DNA of 64,000 bases from a virus. Each line of letters starts with the position of its first letter. The stretch's first letter is position 1. The translations under genes were made by a program, and so were the position numbers. Below the pieces are notes generated by a model, which did not search any database, had not been told where the DNA came from, and saw only the letters and a list, made by a program, of their open reading frames with translations. The stretch covers positions 9,087 through 73,086 of the IMG/VR virus record IMGVR_UViG_3300025195_000023, one strand, 5' to 3'. Shown here piece after piece: positions 19,201 to 29,204 of this stretch.

Positions 19201-22200
19201 CCATGGCAGCAAATCGGCTGATGTGATCGGAACGACTTTCACCACTCCCGGGCTCCAGAGTGAACAGGAACTTGTGTAGCTGCTCGGCAGCACGACGCTC
19301 AGTGTCCGAAACCAGGGCACCGTCACCGGCTATCAGATCCTCCGGTTTAACCTGGTCACGGGCCTGCTTAAACAGCCGAGCCAGGTCACGGTAGGCCAAG
19401 GTCGAGGTATCCAGAATGCCCTGGATCGTTACTTCAACCTGTTCCAGCACGAAGGCTTCTTTTTGCGACAGCTTCACGTTCTGTGCCTGGACCTTGGATA
19501 CGAACGGTGCCCGACCACTGGCCAGGGCATTAAGGAACACATCTTCCGGTGTCCGGCCTGCTTTCCTGTCCACCATGGCGTAAACACCACCATGCGGGCC
19601 ATGCACTGAGGTCACAACCGAATCCAGCAAGTTAGCCAAATGTCCCCGACTGTCCGTACCTTTCAGGGCCCGGAACACTTCTTCAGTGGTCATCCGGTCT
19701 GTTTCCTGTACAGGATCCGGGGCACTCTGCGTCAGGGTGCTTTCCATGGCTTTTGCTTGCTCAGCCTTGGAGGCCGCCAATAGGCCAGAAGTGTTGGCTA
19801 CCAACAGTTCGATACCGTTACGGCTTCCCCGGAACAGTCCCACGATGGCATCAATGAAGGCCTGCATACCTTTCACGGGCTTACGCTTGAGGTTCCGTGA
19901 CTTCATCTCAATCCGAGCCAGTACATCTTGTTGGAATTCCAGGTTGGTCATACCCCAGGACACCAACTCATTGATGTTACTGACGGCTTCACCGTACTTG
20001 GTCTTCAGGGCAGGACTGGCATCCACGTACTCCCGGGCTTGCTTGAGCAAAGCAGCCAACTCACTGACATACGGTGATACGGCCGGATTGTTGTGCTTCT
20101 TGTCTGCCTTCTTGGCAGCCAGTTCCCCATCAATGGTGGATTGCAGAACCGAGTGAAGCATCTCATGGGCCAGTAATTCCAGGTTCAGGTCGGACTCGAC
20201 AAAGTCCGGGCCCTTCACGTAGATGGTAGAGGCTCCATCTGCTTCCCGACGGAACAGACCCTTCACGTTGTGCGGGTTACGCAGCTTCGGTGCCAGGGAA
20301 ATCGGCGTCTCTGCAGTCACCATCTTGACCTTCAGATCCAGGTCCACATGCTTTTTCACTTCGGCCAGTACCGGACCCAGTAACTGACGACGACGGTCAT
20401 TCTTGGGAATGGTGGCCATGGCCTTACGCATGTGACCCAGCAACTCATTTACCGTCATCTCAGGCTGATTCTGGAAGGCATTAACCAGTACCTGGTTCTC
20501 CGGTGACAGGGTTTTCTCACTGTGTGTGATCGTACCCCAAGGGGTTTCCAGGCGGCCGTTATACGCACGGTTCAGGAAGTCCACCACACGGCGTGCGCCT
20601 CGCTCATCCTGCGTCGCTTCCCGGGCGGCAGTCATCAGCATATCCTGCTGGTTCAGAGGACCATGGGTACCGGTCTGCTTCTGCTGCTCAGCCACCAAAC
20701 GCCCCGTTGCCGCCAAGTCGTCCTTCAGGTCCTGCTCGATGTACTTGTTATCCTGAGCCACATCAATCAGATTCTGGATACGGGCAGGCGGTGCGTACCG
20801 AACGTCCCGGTGGCCAGCTTGTCTCCCTGCCAGATACCTGAACAGAATTTCCCGCATGTTATCCCGTTCGGCCTTGTTCTCCTGTCCCTTGTAGACACGA
20901 CCCAGTGCCTCATCCAGGGAGCCAGTAGTCACATAGACCTGATTCAGCAACCGAAGATCGCGGACGAACTTCTTGTTGTCCTCGGTGATGGGCTTACCCT
21001 GGTCGATCAGGGCCTTCAGGCGGGCTTCTGCGGTTTCGGAGTATCGACGCAAGGCATCAGCAGCCAAACCAGGCTGACGGGCTTTACGGCGGGCCTGGCG
21101 TTGACGGATACGTTCCGCGATGGGTGTCTCCCGACGAGCCACGATCTTTTCCCGGTCCTCTGTCGTCACTTCATAGTGGCCACCAGGATAGCCATACTGG
21201 TTCACAACGGATACGGTCTCCATCCAGTCCATAGCCCGGGAATCCATTTGCTGGGCTTTATCCAGCAGACCACCTACATGGGTACGCAGATCGCTGAAAC
21301 GGTACTTTTTCGTCAGAGCCTGGTAAGCCTTGCGGAATTCTGGATCCTGGTTCAATTCACCCAGTCGGGCCTCAAACCCATCCAGGGTTTCAAACAGGGA
21401 CTGCATGATCTCTTCCGGCAGGGAGTACTCGATCAGGGCGCGTACTGTTTCCTGGTTCATCCGGGAGGCCACTTCCATCAGCTGTTCTGGGGAGCCAATG
21501 GCCGCATCGTGGACGTTCAGGATATTGAACGTCTTGTACACCCGGGAAATGATGGCACTATCCATGGCGTGAATGGCCATGATCACCGACGCCACACCCG
21601 GATCCACTTCCTCAGATTCACCGATCCGGTATTTCCAGGAGGTCAACTGGTTAACCTTGTGGAATTTGGATTCCGGAACCAGTGACGCATTCAGATCACC
21701 CGGTGCCAGCGGAATCGGCCGGGCCATACCGACCTCACCGGTATTGCGCCACAGCTTCTCATCCGAGTGGACCTGTTTGGTCTTGGCCATACGGATACCG
21801 GCAGACTTGCGGCCGCCTTTGGACATGGCTGTATGGAGAATAGGCTGGATATCCTGTACCCGCTTCTGGATCTCCTGCTGCTGTTCCCGAGACAACGTCT
21901 GCAGATAGTTACCGTCAGGATCTCGAGCCAACAGGCCCTGGGCTTCCAGTTCAGCCAGGTATTTACGCTCTTCGTGGTCCCGAACCAGCTTGTACAGACC
22001 AAAGGTCAGACCGGCTGCAGAGTTCAGCGCCTTTCGGTCATCTATGAAGTCCTTGTACTGTTTTTCCAGCACGGTCCCCAGGTGCGTCCCTACGTGGTAC
22101 TCAAACGCCGCTACCAGGGCCTTACGCTGTTTGGGTGTGAAGGTGAAGTCACGCACATTCGCCGTCGTCAGTTTGAACTGCTTGATCTTCTGTGCGTTCG

Positions 22201-25200
22201 GCAAGAATCGGTTGATCTCTTTGAACAGTGCCTTAATGTCCTCCCGATTTTGCTCATTCATGGGTTTCTTCAGGGCAGCATCCAATTGGTCGTACACCTT
22301 GTCGACCAACTGCTCACCCATGGTGGCAATAGAGCCCTTCTCACCGGCACCGAACATCAGCTTGGTCAGCAGGTTCTTGACCGCATTCCGACCCTTGGAG
22401 GATACGCTGGTACCATCTTCGTTACGGAAGTTACCGAACATACGGAACATCAATTCCGTGAACTTACGGGTGTCTTCAGACGATTCACCGGCACGAATCA
22501 GTGTATCCGACAGGTCCCAACTCAAGGTCTGGTACAGGTCCTGTCCCCCCTTGGCCGCCCAGTCTCCGATGAATTCGTGTGCCTGCTCCGCGGTGAAGAA
22601 CCCGCCTTTGGCACCCCACTCAGCCACCAAGCCACCCAACTGACCCAGGGACAGCATAGGCCCATTGGTCTTGCCGTCACCTTCGCTGTGCAGCCGAGAG
22701 ATGAAGGTATCCCCTTCACCCAGGTCTTTCTGATACAGGTGCCACAAGGCATCGAAGCTCCAGCTGTCTTCATCCAGTACGGCAGCCAGTGCGTCCTCCT
22801 GTTCTGGTTCCAGGATGACACCGTTATCCAGCAACTTCAGAATACCAAGAGCCTCTTGGATATCCTCCCGGGCCACCAGTTCGTCGTAAGCCGCCACGGT
22901 ATCTTCCAGGCGTTGCTGGTCGATCTTGCCACCGAAGGCTTCCACCACAGAGACCTTGAACATCATGCCCTGCAAACCGGACAGGTCTTTGGGGACTTCC
23001 ATCTCCCATCCATCCATTTGCATGGCGATCCGGTGGAGTTTCTTCTCCTGCGGGTTAAACGTGGACGAGTCCAGGTGAACCCGTTGTTGACGGGCCACAA
23101 ACCGTTTGAAGTAGAAAGGCTTGGTCTTGTCTTGCCCCATGGACTGGACAAAGTCGAACATGGTGTCGATATGTCGACGCAGTCCGTCATTACGTCCTTC
23201 CAGAGTCTTCAGCAGGTTCTTCTGTGTGGTGTTGGGATCCAGTTCCTGAATGCCCTGTACCTTCTCCAACAGGCGACGGGACATCTTGTTGAGGATGCCT
23301 CGCTCCGGATCCAGCATGTCCTGACGCAGGTAGTGCTTCTGCTTCTGTGCCTCAGCCAACGTCTCCCGCTGTTCCTTGGGCGTATCCTGATTGGTTCTAC
23401 GGGTTTTCTTCGGAACATCAGAATCCTGTGGCTCCTCAAAAACCGGATCCTTCTTGATCTGCTCCACATCAAACAACTTGTGAACCACCGCCTGAGTGCC
23501 TTTGACCTTGTTCTCAAACGACGTCACCTGGGGATTGTCTTCCCAACCCATGGGTGTTTCGACACGGTTAGATCGGACAAAGTAGGTGATTGGGGCTGTC
23601 TTCTTTCCCTTGGGAATCGGAGCCAGATACTCAGCCTGTACACCGATAACCTGCACATAGCCCAAGTCCCGTAACGCACCCAGACCAAGGGCACCAAAAG
23701 CACCGGCTAACTGGCCTTCATGGTTTTGCGGAGCACTCTTATTCAGTTTCTGACCCAGGGCCTGTACAACCCGCTGGCCAATGTCGTTCATCACCAACTT
23801 GTCCCGGGTACCGGCGTCCCACAGATCGTCCCGAGCATCTGGCGGTACCGTCTCACCGTCCTCCAGACCCAGGATACTGCGAATGGCATCCTCGTCGTTG
23901 TACCACAGTTCACTGCCGTTCTCGGACAACCAGGTGAACATACCCACGGCAACGGCAGTACGGACGTTTTCCTCCATCTTGCCGTCTTCATCCATGAAGT
24001 AGTTCAGCATGTTTCGATGCTGGTAGCCTTTCTTCCGCTTGGTCAGCCCGTTGATGTGTTCGATCCACTTCGGCGCGAGTTCAGCAAAGTAGGCGATGGC
24101 CTCACGTTGCTTCTCCCGAATTTCGGGATCTTCAGACAGGGTGACACCCAGGGCCTCCGGGCTGTACTTGTTAGGAACCAACAGATTCGACACATAGTCC
24201 TTGTTGGCTGTCAGAGGCAGTCCTTTGCGCGTGGTGAAGTACGCCTCAGCCAGGTTCTCGGATTCGATGGCATCCTTACCCAAGGTACCGGAAACCTCAT
24301 CCTCCCGGGCGTTACGTCGGGCGTCGATATCCAGTACCGACTCCGGTGCGTTGATACCGTCACCTTTGGCTAGGACTGTGTCAGGCTCTCCAGAGTCATT
24401 TGTGCGTTCTTCAGTAGTTGCCTGTGTATCTCGGCCGGTATTGGTATCTCCCTGATCTCCGTCCCGAGCGACAGGATCGTTGGTGGATCCAGTTTCAGCC
24501 TCTGGTTCAGTAACTGGTTCCGGTGTTGCTGCCTCTGTCTCTGGTTCCGCTTCCGGTTGAGCTTCAGTCGTAGATTGGTTGGCTTCTTCCGCATACACAG
24601 GCTCCTGTTCGATTTCCTGCTCAATGGCCGCAGCGTTATCCGCCAGGGCATCCAGATCATCCACTGGGGCGGCATCGTTAGCCGCAGGACGTGGGGCGGT
24701 ACCAACAGCTTGGGCTGCTTGGAGTTCTTCCAAGGCAGCACCCAGCATCCGGGCTTCCATCTTCATCTTGGCCAGGGTGTCAGTCATCTTCCCTGGCTTG
24801 GCGTTGAAGTTCAGACCCCCATTTTCTTTCAGGGCTTTGTCATCCAATCGCTGACCGGTGTTGATCTCCCACCCCAGGTTCCCCTCGGCATCCTTGGTGG
24901 CGATCATCTGTACCTGACGACCAGACTCAATGGCCTGACGTTGGGCTTCCTCAGCCACCGCTGCCTTTTCATTGTGAGAGTTACTGAACCGCTCCAGGTC
25001 GGACAACAGGCGATTGGCATTGCGTTGATTACCGGTAACCACTGCACGTTGGATTGCCTGACGGTATTGCGGTAGAGATCGGAATCCCTGGCTAGGGTTA
25101 GTGGAGAGGATATCCAGGCTTACCTGGTCAAAATCCTTGGCTTCATCGTCCACTTGCTTACGCTCAGCCAACTTCCGCAGATAGGTACGTTGTTCCTGGG

Positions 25201-27394
25201 ACAGATCCAGAGATGTATCTTCTGCCAGACTGGCTGCTGTTGGTGCATCCAGAATATCCGGGTTTTCCATGGCATACGTCACAGCCTGTGAGGCAGCCTG
25301 TGAGCGTGCTTCTACATCGGCCGTCTCATCGGTCGCCTGCGACACAACATCACTGGCTCCGGCGTCCTGGGTGGCCTCCACGGAGGACTGCTGGCTTTCC
25401 TGACGAACCTCTTCCCGGTACTGCACCAAGCTCCGACGTAACGCTTCCCGGTCTTTCTTGTCCTGGCGGCTATCCTTCTTGGCAGTAGCCATTTCCTTGC
25501 GTAGCTCAGCGGCCCGGGTTCTTAGTGGTTCGATTCCTTCGAGGTTGTCGGACAGCTCACGTTCTTTGATCTGTCCTTCGATATTCTTCAGTTCCTCCTC
25601 GTTCTTGCGGAGCGTCTGAGGGGACATATTCTCGGTGAACTGATCCAGTGCCTGGATCTCAAAGTCCAAACGTTCATCAAGACGATCCAGTGCTTCACGC
25701 GCCTGCTGCTGGAATTCCGGTGCCACACCGCCCTGGGTGTTACGGGCCAAGGTAAGCACGGAGTTGGACAGGGCCTCTACATCAATGTCCGGGGTTTCAT
25801 CCGGATCCAGTAGCCGATCCATCTCACCATCACGGATCATGTCCGCAACCGAACGGTTAGCCTCCCTCTGTACCTCATCGTCTTTCTTGGCCTGGATCGC
25901 CTTGGCTTGCTTAGTTTTGGCACGAGTTTCAGCCACTTCACCGGCCGCACCGATACCTGTACCCACACCGGTACCGATCACCGCTCCGGTAAACACCTCT
26001 TCACCGTCGGCTTCATCCAGGGACGCCCAACCACTTTCCGCACCGGATTGCAGACCTTCGGTCACACCTTCACCGGCACCCTTGCCAGCAGTCCCGGTGG
26101 CCACACCCATGGCTTTACGAGCTATCGAACGTTCAGCCGCCTGAACAATGGCTGCCTCGGCAGCTTCCAGACCTTTGTTCCCGAAGCCCCGGATCAGAGA
26201 CGTATCCATGACGTAATCGGCAGAACCTGAGGCCAGGGCCACCGCCGTCATCAGGGTGTTCTCATCCTGAGTGGGTAGACGGCCTTCACGCTCTTTGAAG
26301 TCCGCAACACCGTTGCGATAGACCTCACTGGCATAGGACAGGTTGGTGGCTGCCAGCAAGGGTTTGAACATGGCACCACCGGCCAGCTCCGGTACGTTCT
26401 CGGACAGGTACTGTAGAACGGCCAGCTTGTTCTCGGACAGATCCAGGCCACCGTCTACCAGCAATTTACCGACAGCCAGGGCTCCAGTCTTCAGGGCACC
26501 GACAGTATCCCCGGAGTCCCACAACTCAGTGGCGGTATCCAGGCCTGCCTTGTTACGTTCCCAAGAGGCCTTCACGTCCTTGATCAACTCATCCCGTGTC
26601 AGTGGGTTGAGCTTACCCTCAACCTTGACAGCATCACTGACTTCCTGACCCTTTTCGAGGTTCTCCAAGGCTGAATCCAATAGTTCACGAGACGTCTTAC
26701 CGTCCACACGGGAACCAGGGGTATGTGTGGCCATATCCCGGTTGCTTACCGGGGTATCCAGGTAAGCCGCTTCGTCCTCGGTAATCGGTACCAGGGCCTG
26801 TTCCTGTTGATCCAGTGCCTTGAGCTGTGTGTCCCGGGTGTCTTTGTCGATCCGGCCCATGAGGTCCGCCACAGAGAGGCGTCGCTTCTGTTCCTGGATT
26901 TGCTCTTTCTGTTTGCGATACATAAGGTCACGGGAATAGATATCCCGGGCCCGATCATCGGTTTGCTCCAGACTACGACGGCCTTGCTCGGTAAAGGGCA
27001 TAGCTCCCAGCCGACCCAGGGCGGCACTACCACCCTCATACGCGGCCGCTGCGTTCTGCTTGGCTTCACCCCACAGAGACCCCAGTTCTAAATCATCGGC
27101 CAACGCCGTACTTTCACGGGCAGCTCGTTCCTGTTCGGCCGCGGAGTAATTCGCCGCCATGTCCTGAAACTGGCGATCCTGGAAGTGCTTCACAGCTTCC
27201 GGAGTTGTTGCTCCACCGTTTTCACGGTAGGCCTTGAAGGTGTCGTACTGTTGCCAGGGTTGAGCATCATTGGCAGCCTGTCGGCGTGCCAGTTCCTGTT
27301 TTTTACGTTCCGCAGCCTCAGCTACCTGGGCCTCCTTGGCCACAGGTGCGAAGCGTGCAATGGCTTGATCCAACATATCCAGACTGTTTGACAT
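16289..27394 (-). CDS. Virion-encapsidated RNA polymerase (N4 gp50-like vRNAP)
   Basis: 3701 aa; motif A EGDGKTNGP, motif B RNAVKNLLTKLMFG, motif C NVHDA; no Cys noticed on visual scan; last gene of the late cluster. Confidence 0.95.
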   Translation of the reverse strand: MSNSLDMLDQAIARFAPVAKEAQVAEAAERKKQELARRQAANDAQPWQQYDTFKAYRENGGATTPEAVKHFQDRQFQDMAANYSAAEQERAARESTALADDLELGSLWGEAKQNAAAAYEGGSAALGRLGAMPFTEQGRRSLEQTDDRARDIYSRDLMYRKQKEQIQEQKRRLSVADLMGRIDKDTRDTQLKALDQQEQALVPITEDEAAYLDTPVSNRDMATHTPGSRVDGKTSRELLDSALENLEKGQEVSDAVKVEGKLNPLTRDELIKDVKASWERNKAGLDTATELWDSGDTVGALKTGALAVGKLLVDGGLDLSENKLAVLQYLSENVPELAGGAMFKPLLAATNLSYASEVYRNGVADFKEREGRLPTQDENTLMTAVALASGSADYVMDTSLIRGFGNKGLEAAEAAIVQAAERSIARKAMGVATGTAGKGAGEGVTEGLQSGAESGWASLDEADGEEVFTGAVIGTGVGTGIGAAGEVAETRAKTKQAKAIQAKKDDEVQREANRSVADMIRDGEMDRLLDPDETPDIDVEALSNSVLTLARNTQGGVAPEFQQQAREALDRLDERLDFEIQALDQFTENMSPQTLRKNEEELKNIEGQIKERELSDNLEGIEPLRTRAAELRKEMATAKKDSRQDKKDREALRRSLVQYREEVRQESQQSSVEATQDAGASDVVSQATDETADVEARSQAASQAVTYAMENPDILDAPTAASLAEDTSLDLSQEQRTYLRKLAERKQVDDEAKDFDQVSLDILSTNPSQGFRSLPQYRQAIQRAVVTGNQRNANRLLSDLERFSNSHNEKAAVAEEAQRQAIESGRQVQMIATKDAEGNLGWEINTGQRLDDKALKENGGLNFNAKPGKMTDTLAKMKMEARMLGAALEELQAAQAVGTAPRPAANDAAPVDDLDALADNAAAIEQEIEQEPVYAEEANQSTTEAQPEAEPETEAATPEPVTEPEAETGSTNDPVARDGDQGDTNTGRDTQATTEERTNDSGEPDTVLAKGDGINAPESVLDIDARRNAREDEVSGTLGKDAIESENLAEAYFTTRKGLPLTANKDYVSNLLVPNKYSPEALGVTLSEDPEIREKQREAIAYFAELAPKWIEHINGLTKRKKGYQHRNMLNYFMDEDGKMEENVRTAVAVGMFTWLSENGSELWYNDEDAIRSILGLEDGETVPPDARDDLWDAGTRDKLVMNDIGQRVVQALGQKLNKSAPQNHEGQLAGAFGALGLGALRDLGYVQVIGVQAEYLAPIPKGKKTAPITYFVRSNRVETPMGWEDNPQVTSFENKVKGTQAVVHKLFDVEQIKKDPVFEEPQDSDVPKKTRRTNQDTPKEQRETLAEAQKQKHYLRQDMLDPERGILNKMSRRLLEKVQGIQELDPNTTQKNLLKTLEGRNDGLRRHIDTMFDFVQSMGQDKTKPFYFKRFVARQQRVHLDSSTFNPQEKKLHRIAMQMDGWEMEVPKDLSGLQGMMFKVSVVEAFGGKIDQQRLEDTVAAYDELVAREDIQEALGILKLLDNGVILEPEQEDALAAVLDEDSWSFDALWHLYQKDLGEGDTFISRLHSEGDGKTNGPMLSLGQLGGLVAEWGAKGGFFTAEQAHEFIGDWAAKGGQDLYQTLSWDLSDTLIRAGESSEDTRKFTELMFRMFGNFRNEDGTSVSSKGRNAVKNLLTKLMFGAGEKGSIATMGEQLVDKVYDQLDAALKKPMNEQNREDIKALFKEINRFLPNAQKIKQFKLTTANVRDFTFTPKQRKALVAAFEYHVGTHLGTVLEKQYKDFIDDRKALNSAAGLTFGLYKLVRDHEERKYLAELEAQGLLARDPDGNYLQTLSREQQQEIQKRVQDIQPILHTAMSKGGRKSAGIRMAKTKQVHSDEKLWRNTGEVGMARPIPLAPGDLNASLVPESKFHKVNQLTSWKYRIGESEEVDPGVASVIMAIHAMDSAIISRVYKTFNILNVHDAAIGSPEQLMEVASRMNQETVRALIEYSLPEEIMQSLFETLDGFEARLGELNQDPEFRKAYQALTKKYRFSDLRTHVGGLLDKAQQMDSRAMDWMETVSVVNQYGYPGGHYEVTTEDREKIVARRETPIAERIRQRQARRKARQPGLAADALRRYSETAEARLKALIDQGKPITEDNKKFVRDLRLLNQVYVTTGSLDEALGRVYKGQENKAERDNMREILFRYLAGRQAGHRDVRYAPPARIQNLIDVAQDNKYIEQDLKDDLAATGRLVAEQQKQTGTHGPLNQQDMLMTAAREATQDERGARRVVDFLNRAYNGRLETPWGTITHSEKTLSPENQVLVNAFQNQPEMTVNELLGHMRKAMATIPKNDRRRQLLGPVLAEVKKHVDLDLKVKMVTAETPISLAPKLRNPHNVKGLFRREADGASTIYVKGPDFVESDLNLELLAHEMLHSVLQSTIDGELAAKKADKKHNNPAVSPYVSELAALLKQAREYVDASPALKTKYGEAVSNINELVSWGMTNLEFQQDVLARIEMKSRNLKRKPVKGMQAFIDAIVGLFRGSRNGIELLVANTSGLLAASKAEQAKAMESTLTQSAPDPVQETDRMTTEEVFRALKGTDSRGHLANLLDSVVTSVHGPHGGVYAMVDRKAGRTPEDVFLNALASGRAPFVSKVQAQNVKLSQKEAFVLEQVEVTIQGILDTSTLAYRDLARLFKQARDQVKPEDLIAGDGALVSDTERRAAEQLHKFLFTLEPGSGESRSDHISRFAAMALVYPPLQKALNYNGNADTTAATDKLGDQIQSWFTAGTQALTNVFSGTVSNQDAQERLERLVTKLVDIESARKGRLANERIGVIDQIENAQREAGGTVRETVAKVAESSMVQNSSVATIRAAGKVTSMAAQDKLDTLFDNMENFRNRHGAKRQNLMLGIASEVRGAIPATQKLFDLMDHFSVIQNERKTRKDTTAKQVRDMLPDATEAEREALTKGILKTDLVALAETYTQEQITDMVRDNAALQRAIEETEASLAQVSGKHQAYYVNQAMATGHFMATGRTSRNLMMNVHNIAHKVGMPDAHQVPDNIVEPSKAILDRLVTLYALKDTDGDTRRITARVMTEMPEGVKFVMGMAQKYKDQSMVELFDNDPHLFAKGYIKEIYSPYVDVKAATRAEGIALEKAGYARGEMVPADPAAPDQTTRHIYVRKDGGLPPWISGALSMSGMRRKGSAIHGGMSDLLPEEVNQSLAIKTQNTTNRMAKSLLDLEKPGFNRNLANREDVALAPVVNRKGEIVNYRYLMTEANKDAFLERDTRVDSVLGAMGSAIYDKPASAEHNRNVIEALKETYDMDYRDNPSRYLEFGPDSPDKRIRETYQMLPEATKQAIRDVWGRNGLKVRNDVLDLVFGYRQYSLSEAWQSAEQGFMEELTFGVLEFFFKDKTALRGMQIGRVWDMLVNEIKDIVVIKNLFTFLGNVRSNLSILLWYGVNPIKGARDHAVAIDGLLRYQRDRRELLRLENLRDSQTYSGTLDQLNQDILELQHALATNPVTELVDAGQFQTIMEDIDTEDDGFSYKSRIAEWVDGKAQNLPSGLVTAGKYMYMSQDTLLYKALFKSTQMSDFVARYTLYQHLLTRKNNPMSKEDALREIRDAFVVYDVPSHRALDYMNRKGLVFFTKYYLRIQRVLWRLMRDHPVRGLMTAFGFSYLLDAPTVMESSALGRIGNNPLDVGAFGYPGVLDELLTMQMATSPFR

Positions 27395-28791
27395 TATTGG
27401 CCCTTCAGGTTCTGACGGAATGTATTTTCGGCCCGGAGAGTGTCCGTGAACTTGGACAACTCGCTGGCTGCGTTATCCTCCAACTCCCGAACAACACGCT
27501 TATTCCGGGTAGACTTAACCCACTCTTTGAAGGCTTTCCGCATTTCCTTATCCAGGTTCTCTTTGACAATGTCCTTGTCACCAAAAAGGACCTCATCCTC
27601 TGCGGATTTCTGGAACGCAACCTTCATGATGTTGCCCCAAGGCGGGGAACTTCCTGGTGGAAGACTTCCATCATCAACCAGAACGGATAGATCGTCCTGA
27701 ATATCAGCATCCTTCTTGATACTGGCCACAATCTCGTTGGTGTCTTGCAGCAGATCAAAATCGTCCACACCGAGTTCACGGGCGTAATCAAACGCATCCC
27801 CTTCTGACATCTGCTGTCCGTCAGTGAAGGCAAACTCCTCGTTGATCGGGTAGTCCTCTCTGGCCCGCTGAAGCTCCTTAGCCTGTTGTTCCTCAAAGGT
27901 CTCTACCCGAGTGAGTTGCTGGGGCAACAGGTCTCGGCTGGATGCCCAGGCTTGCGGTAAACCCGCTACGGCTTGGCTGATCGCTTGTGGCGAAATGCCT
28001 TCCGCCTCGCCGGACTGTACCCACTCGTTGAAACGGTTACGTGCCTCAACCACGCCATTACTGTTTGTAATCAGCTCGCGTACTTTTGACTCTACAGAGG
28101 CTGTGTCACTGCGTGCTTTCTGTGTTTGGTCAAACTCTGTTTGTCGTTGATCTGCTTCGGTCATTCGTACATCGTGCAGTTCACCACCACGCTCAAACTC
28201 AGTACCTTCCCGGGTAAAGCGGACACCGTCCCGGTAGTTATCTGTGATACCACTGAGGCGATCATTCAGCGTGCCCAACAGTTTGGCCTTCGTCGCATCC
28301 TGCACACCCAATCCACTGATGTACTGGGTCAGTTCCTGTTGTGTCGCCTGACGCTGTGCTGGATCCAGGTTGTTGGGCAAGGCCGCAATACGGGCAGAGG
28401 CTTCACCCACCAAGGGTTGTTCCTGGCGAGTCAGCTGCGTCTGATCGTATTCGTATTGCTGATTCGCCTGATCCCGCAATGTGGCCAAGCGTTGATCCAC
28501 CGCGGCTGGATTGATGGCATTGGCATCCACCAGACGGCCCAGGCCCTGACGGAAGTTCTGGATCTCACCGGCTTCCCGGGCTGCCTGTAGCTCCTCCGGG
28601 GTACGGTATTGGCCCAGCATCTCAGTGAACTTCTGCGTGTTGCGGTCGGTCACCCCCTCGGTGTAGCCGTCCAGGGATTTACGGAGACTGTCAAAGGCTG
28701 AGTTGAATGAACCCTCAGCCCCTGTCAGCAGCGAACCGGCCAGGTTGTTTGACCCACCGGAGACATTACGCCAGGTAATCGGTCCTGCCAT
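27394..28791 (-). CDS. Internal virion/ejection protein (N4 gp51 position)
   Basis: Starts MAGPITWRNV; immediately upstream of vRNAP. Confidence 0.7.
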   Translation of the reverse strand: MAGPITWRNVSGGSNNLAGSLLTGAEGSFNSAFDSLRKSLDGYTEGVTDRNTQKFTEMLGQYRTPEELQAAREAGEIQNFRQGLGRLVDANAINPAAVDQRLATLRDQANQQYEYDQTQLTRQEQPLVGEASARIAALPNNLDPAQRQATQQELTQYISGLGVQDATKAKLLGTLNDRLSGITDNYRDGVRFTREGTEFERGGELHDVRMTEADQRQTEFDQTQKARSDTASVESKVRELITNSNGVVEARNRFNEWVQSGEAEGISPQAISQAVAGLPQAWASSRDLLPQQLTRVETFEEQQAKELQRAREDYPINEEFAFTDGQQMSEGDAFDYARELGVDDFDLLQDTNEIVASIKKDADIQDDLSVLVDDGSLPPGSSPPWGNIMKVAFQKSAEDEVLFGDKDIVKENLDKEMRKAFKEWVKSTRNKRVVRELEDNAASELSKFTDTLRAENTFRQNLKGQ

Positions 28792-29204
28792 TATTTAACT
28801 CCCCATTGCTTCATGTACTCGGCCACCGGTTGCGCGTTCGGATTGGCCGACGCACGTACCTGCTGAGCCAGAGCCAGACGGTTATTGGTCAAGTTCTTCT
28901 GGGCACCCCAGTTCATGTCGAATTGGCGCTTGTTCTCGGCCAGCTGTTGCTTGGCCAGGTCCAGCTTCTTCATACCCATCCAACCGTTCATCAGTGTCTG
29001 GGCACCACCCAAGGCCAGACCACCCCACCCGTCTTTGCCCAGGAAATTACTGAACATGCCACCGCCGGAACCGCCACCCAGGTCCATTCCTGACATGAAT
29101 TGCAGTTCGTTATTTCCCAAACCAGGAACAGCATTAAAAGAGTCCGCCATGATGTTGTCCACCATGCTGGTATCTGCCTGACCCCAATTAAGTAATCCGC
29201 TCAT
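28791..29204 (-). CDS. Virion structural protein (N4 gp52-like)
   Basis: Gly-rich, LAKQQL...F..NW..QK..TN pattern; synteny. Confidence 0.7.
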   Translation of the reverse strand: MSGLLNWGQADTSMVDNIMADSFNAVPGLGNNELQFMSGMDLGGGSGGGMFSNFLGKDGWGGLALGGAQTLMNGWMGMKKLDLAKQQLAENKRQFDMNWGAQKNLTNNRLALAQQVRASANPNAQPVAEYMKQWGVK

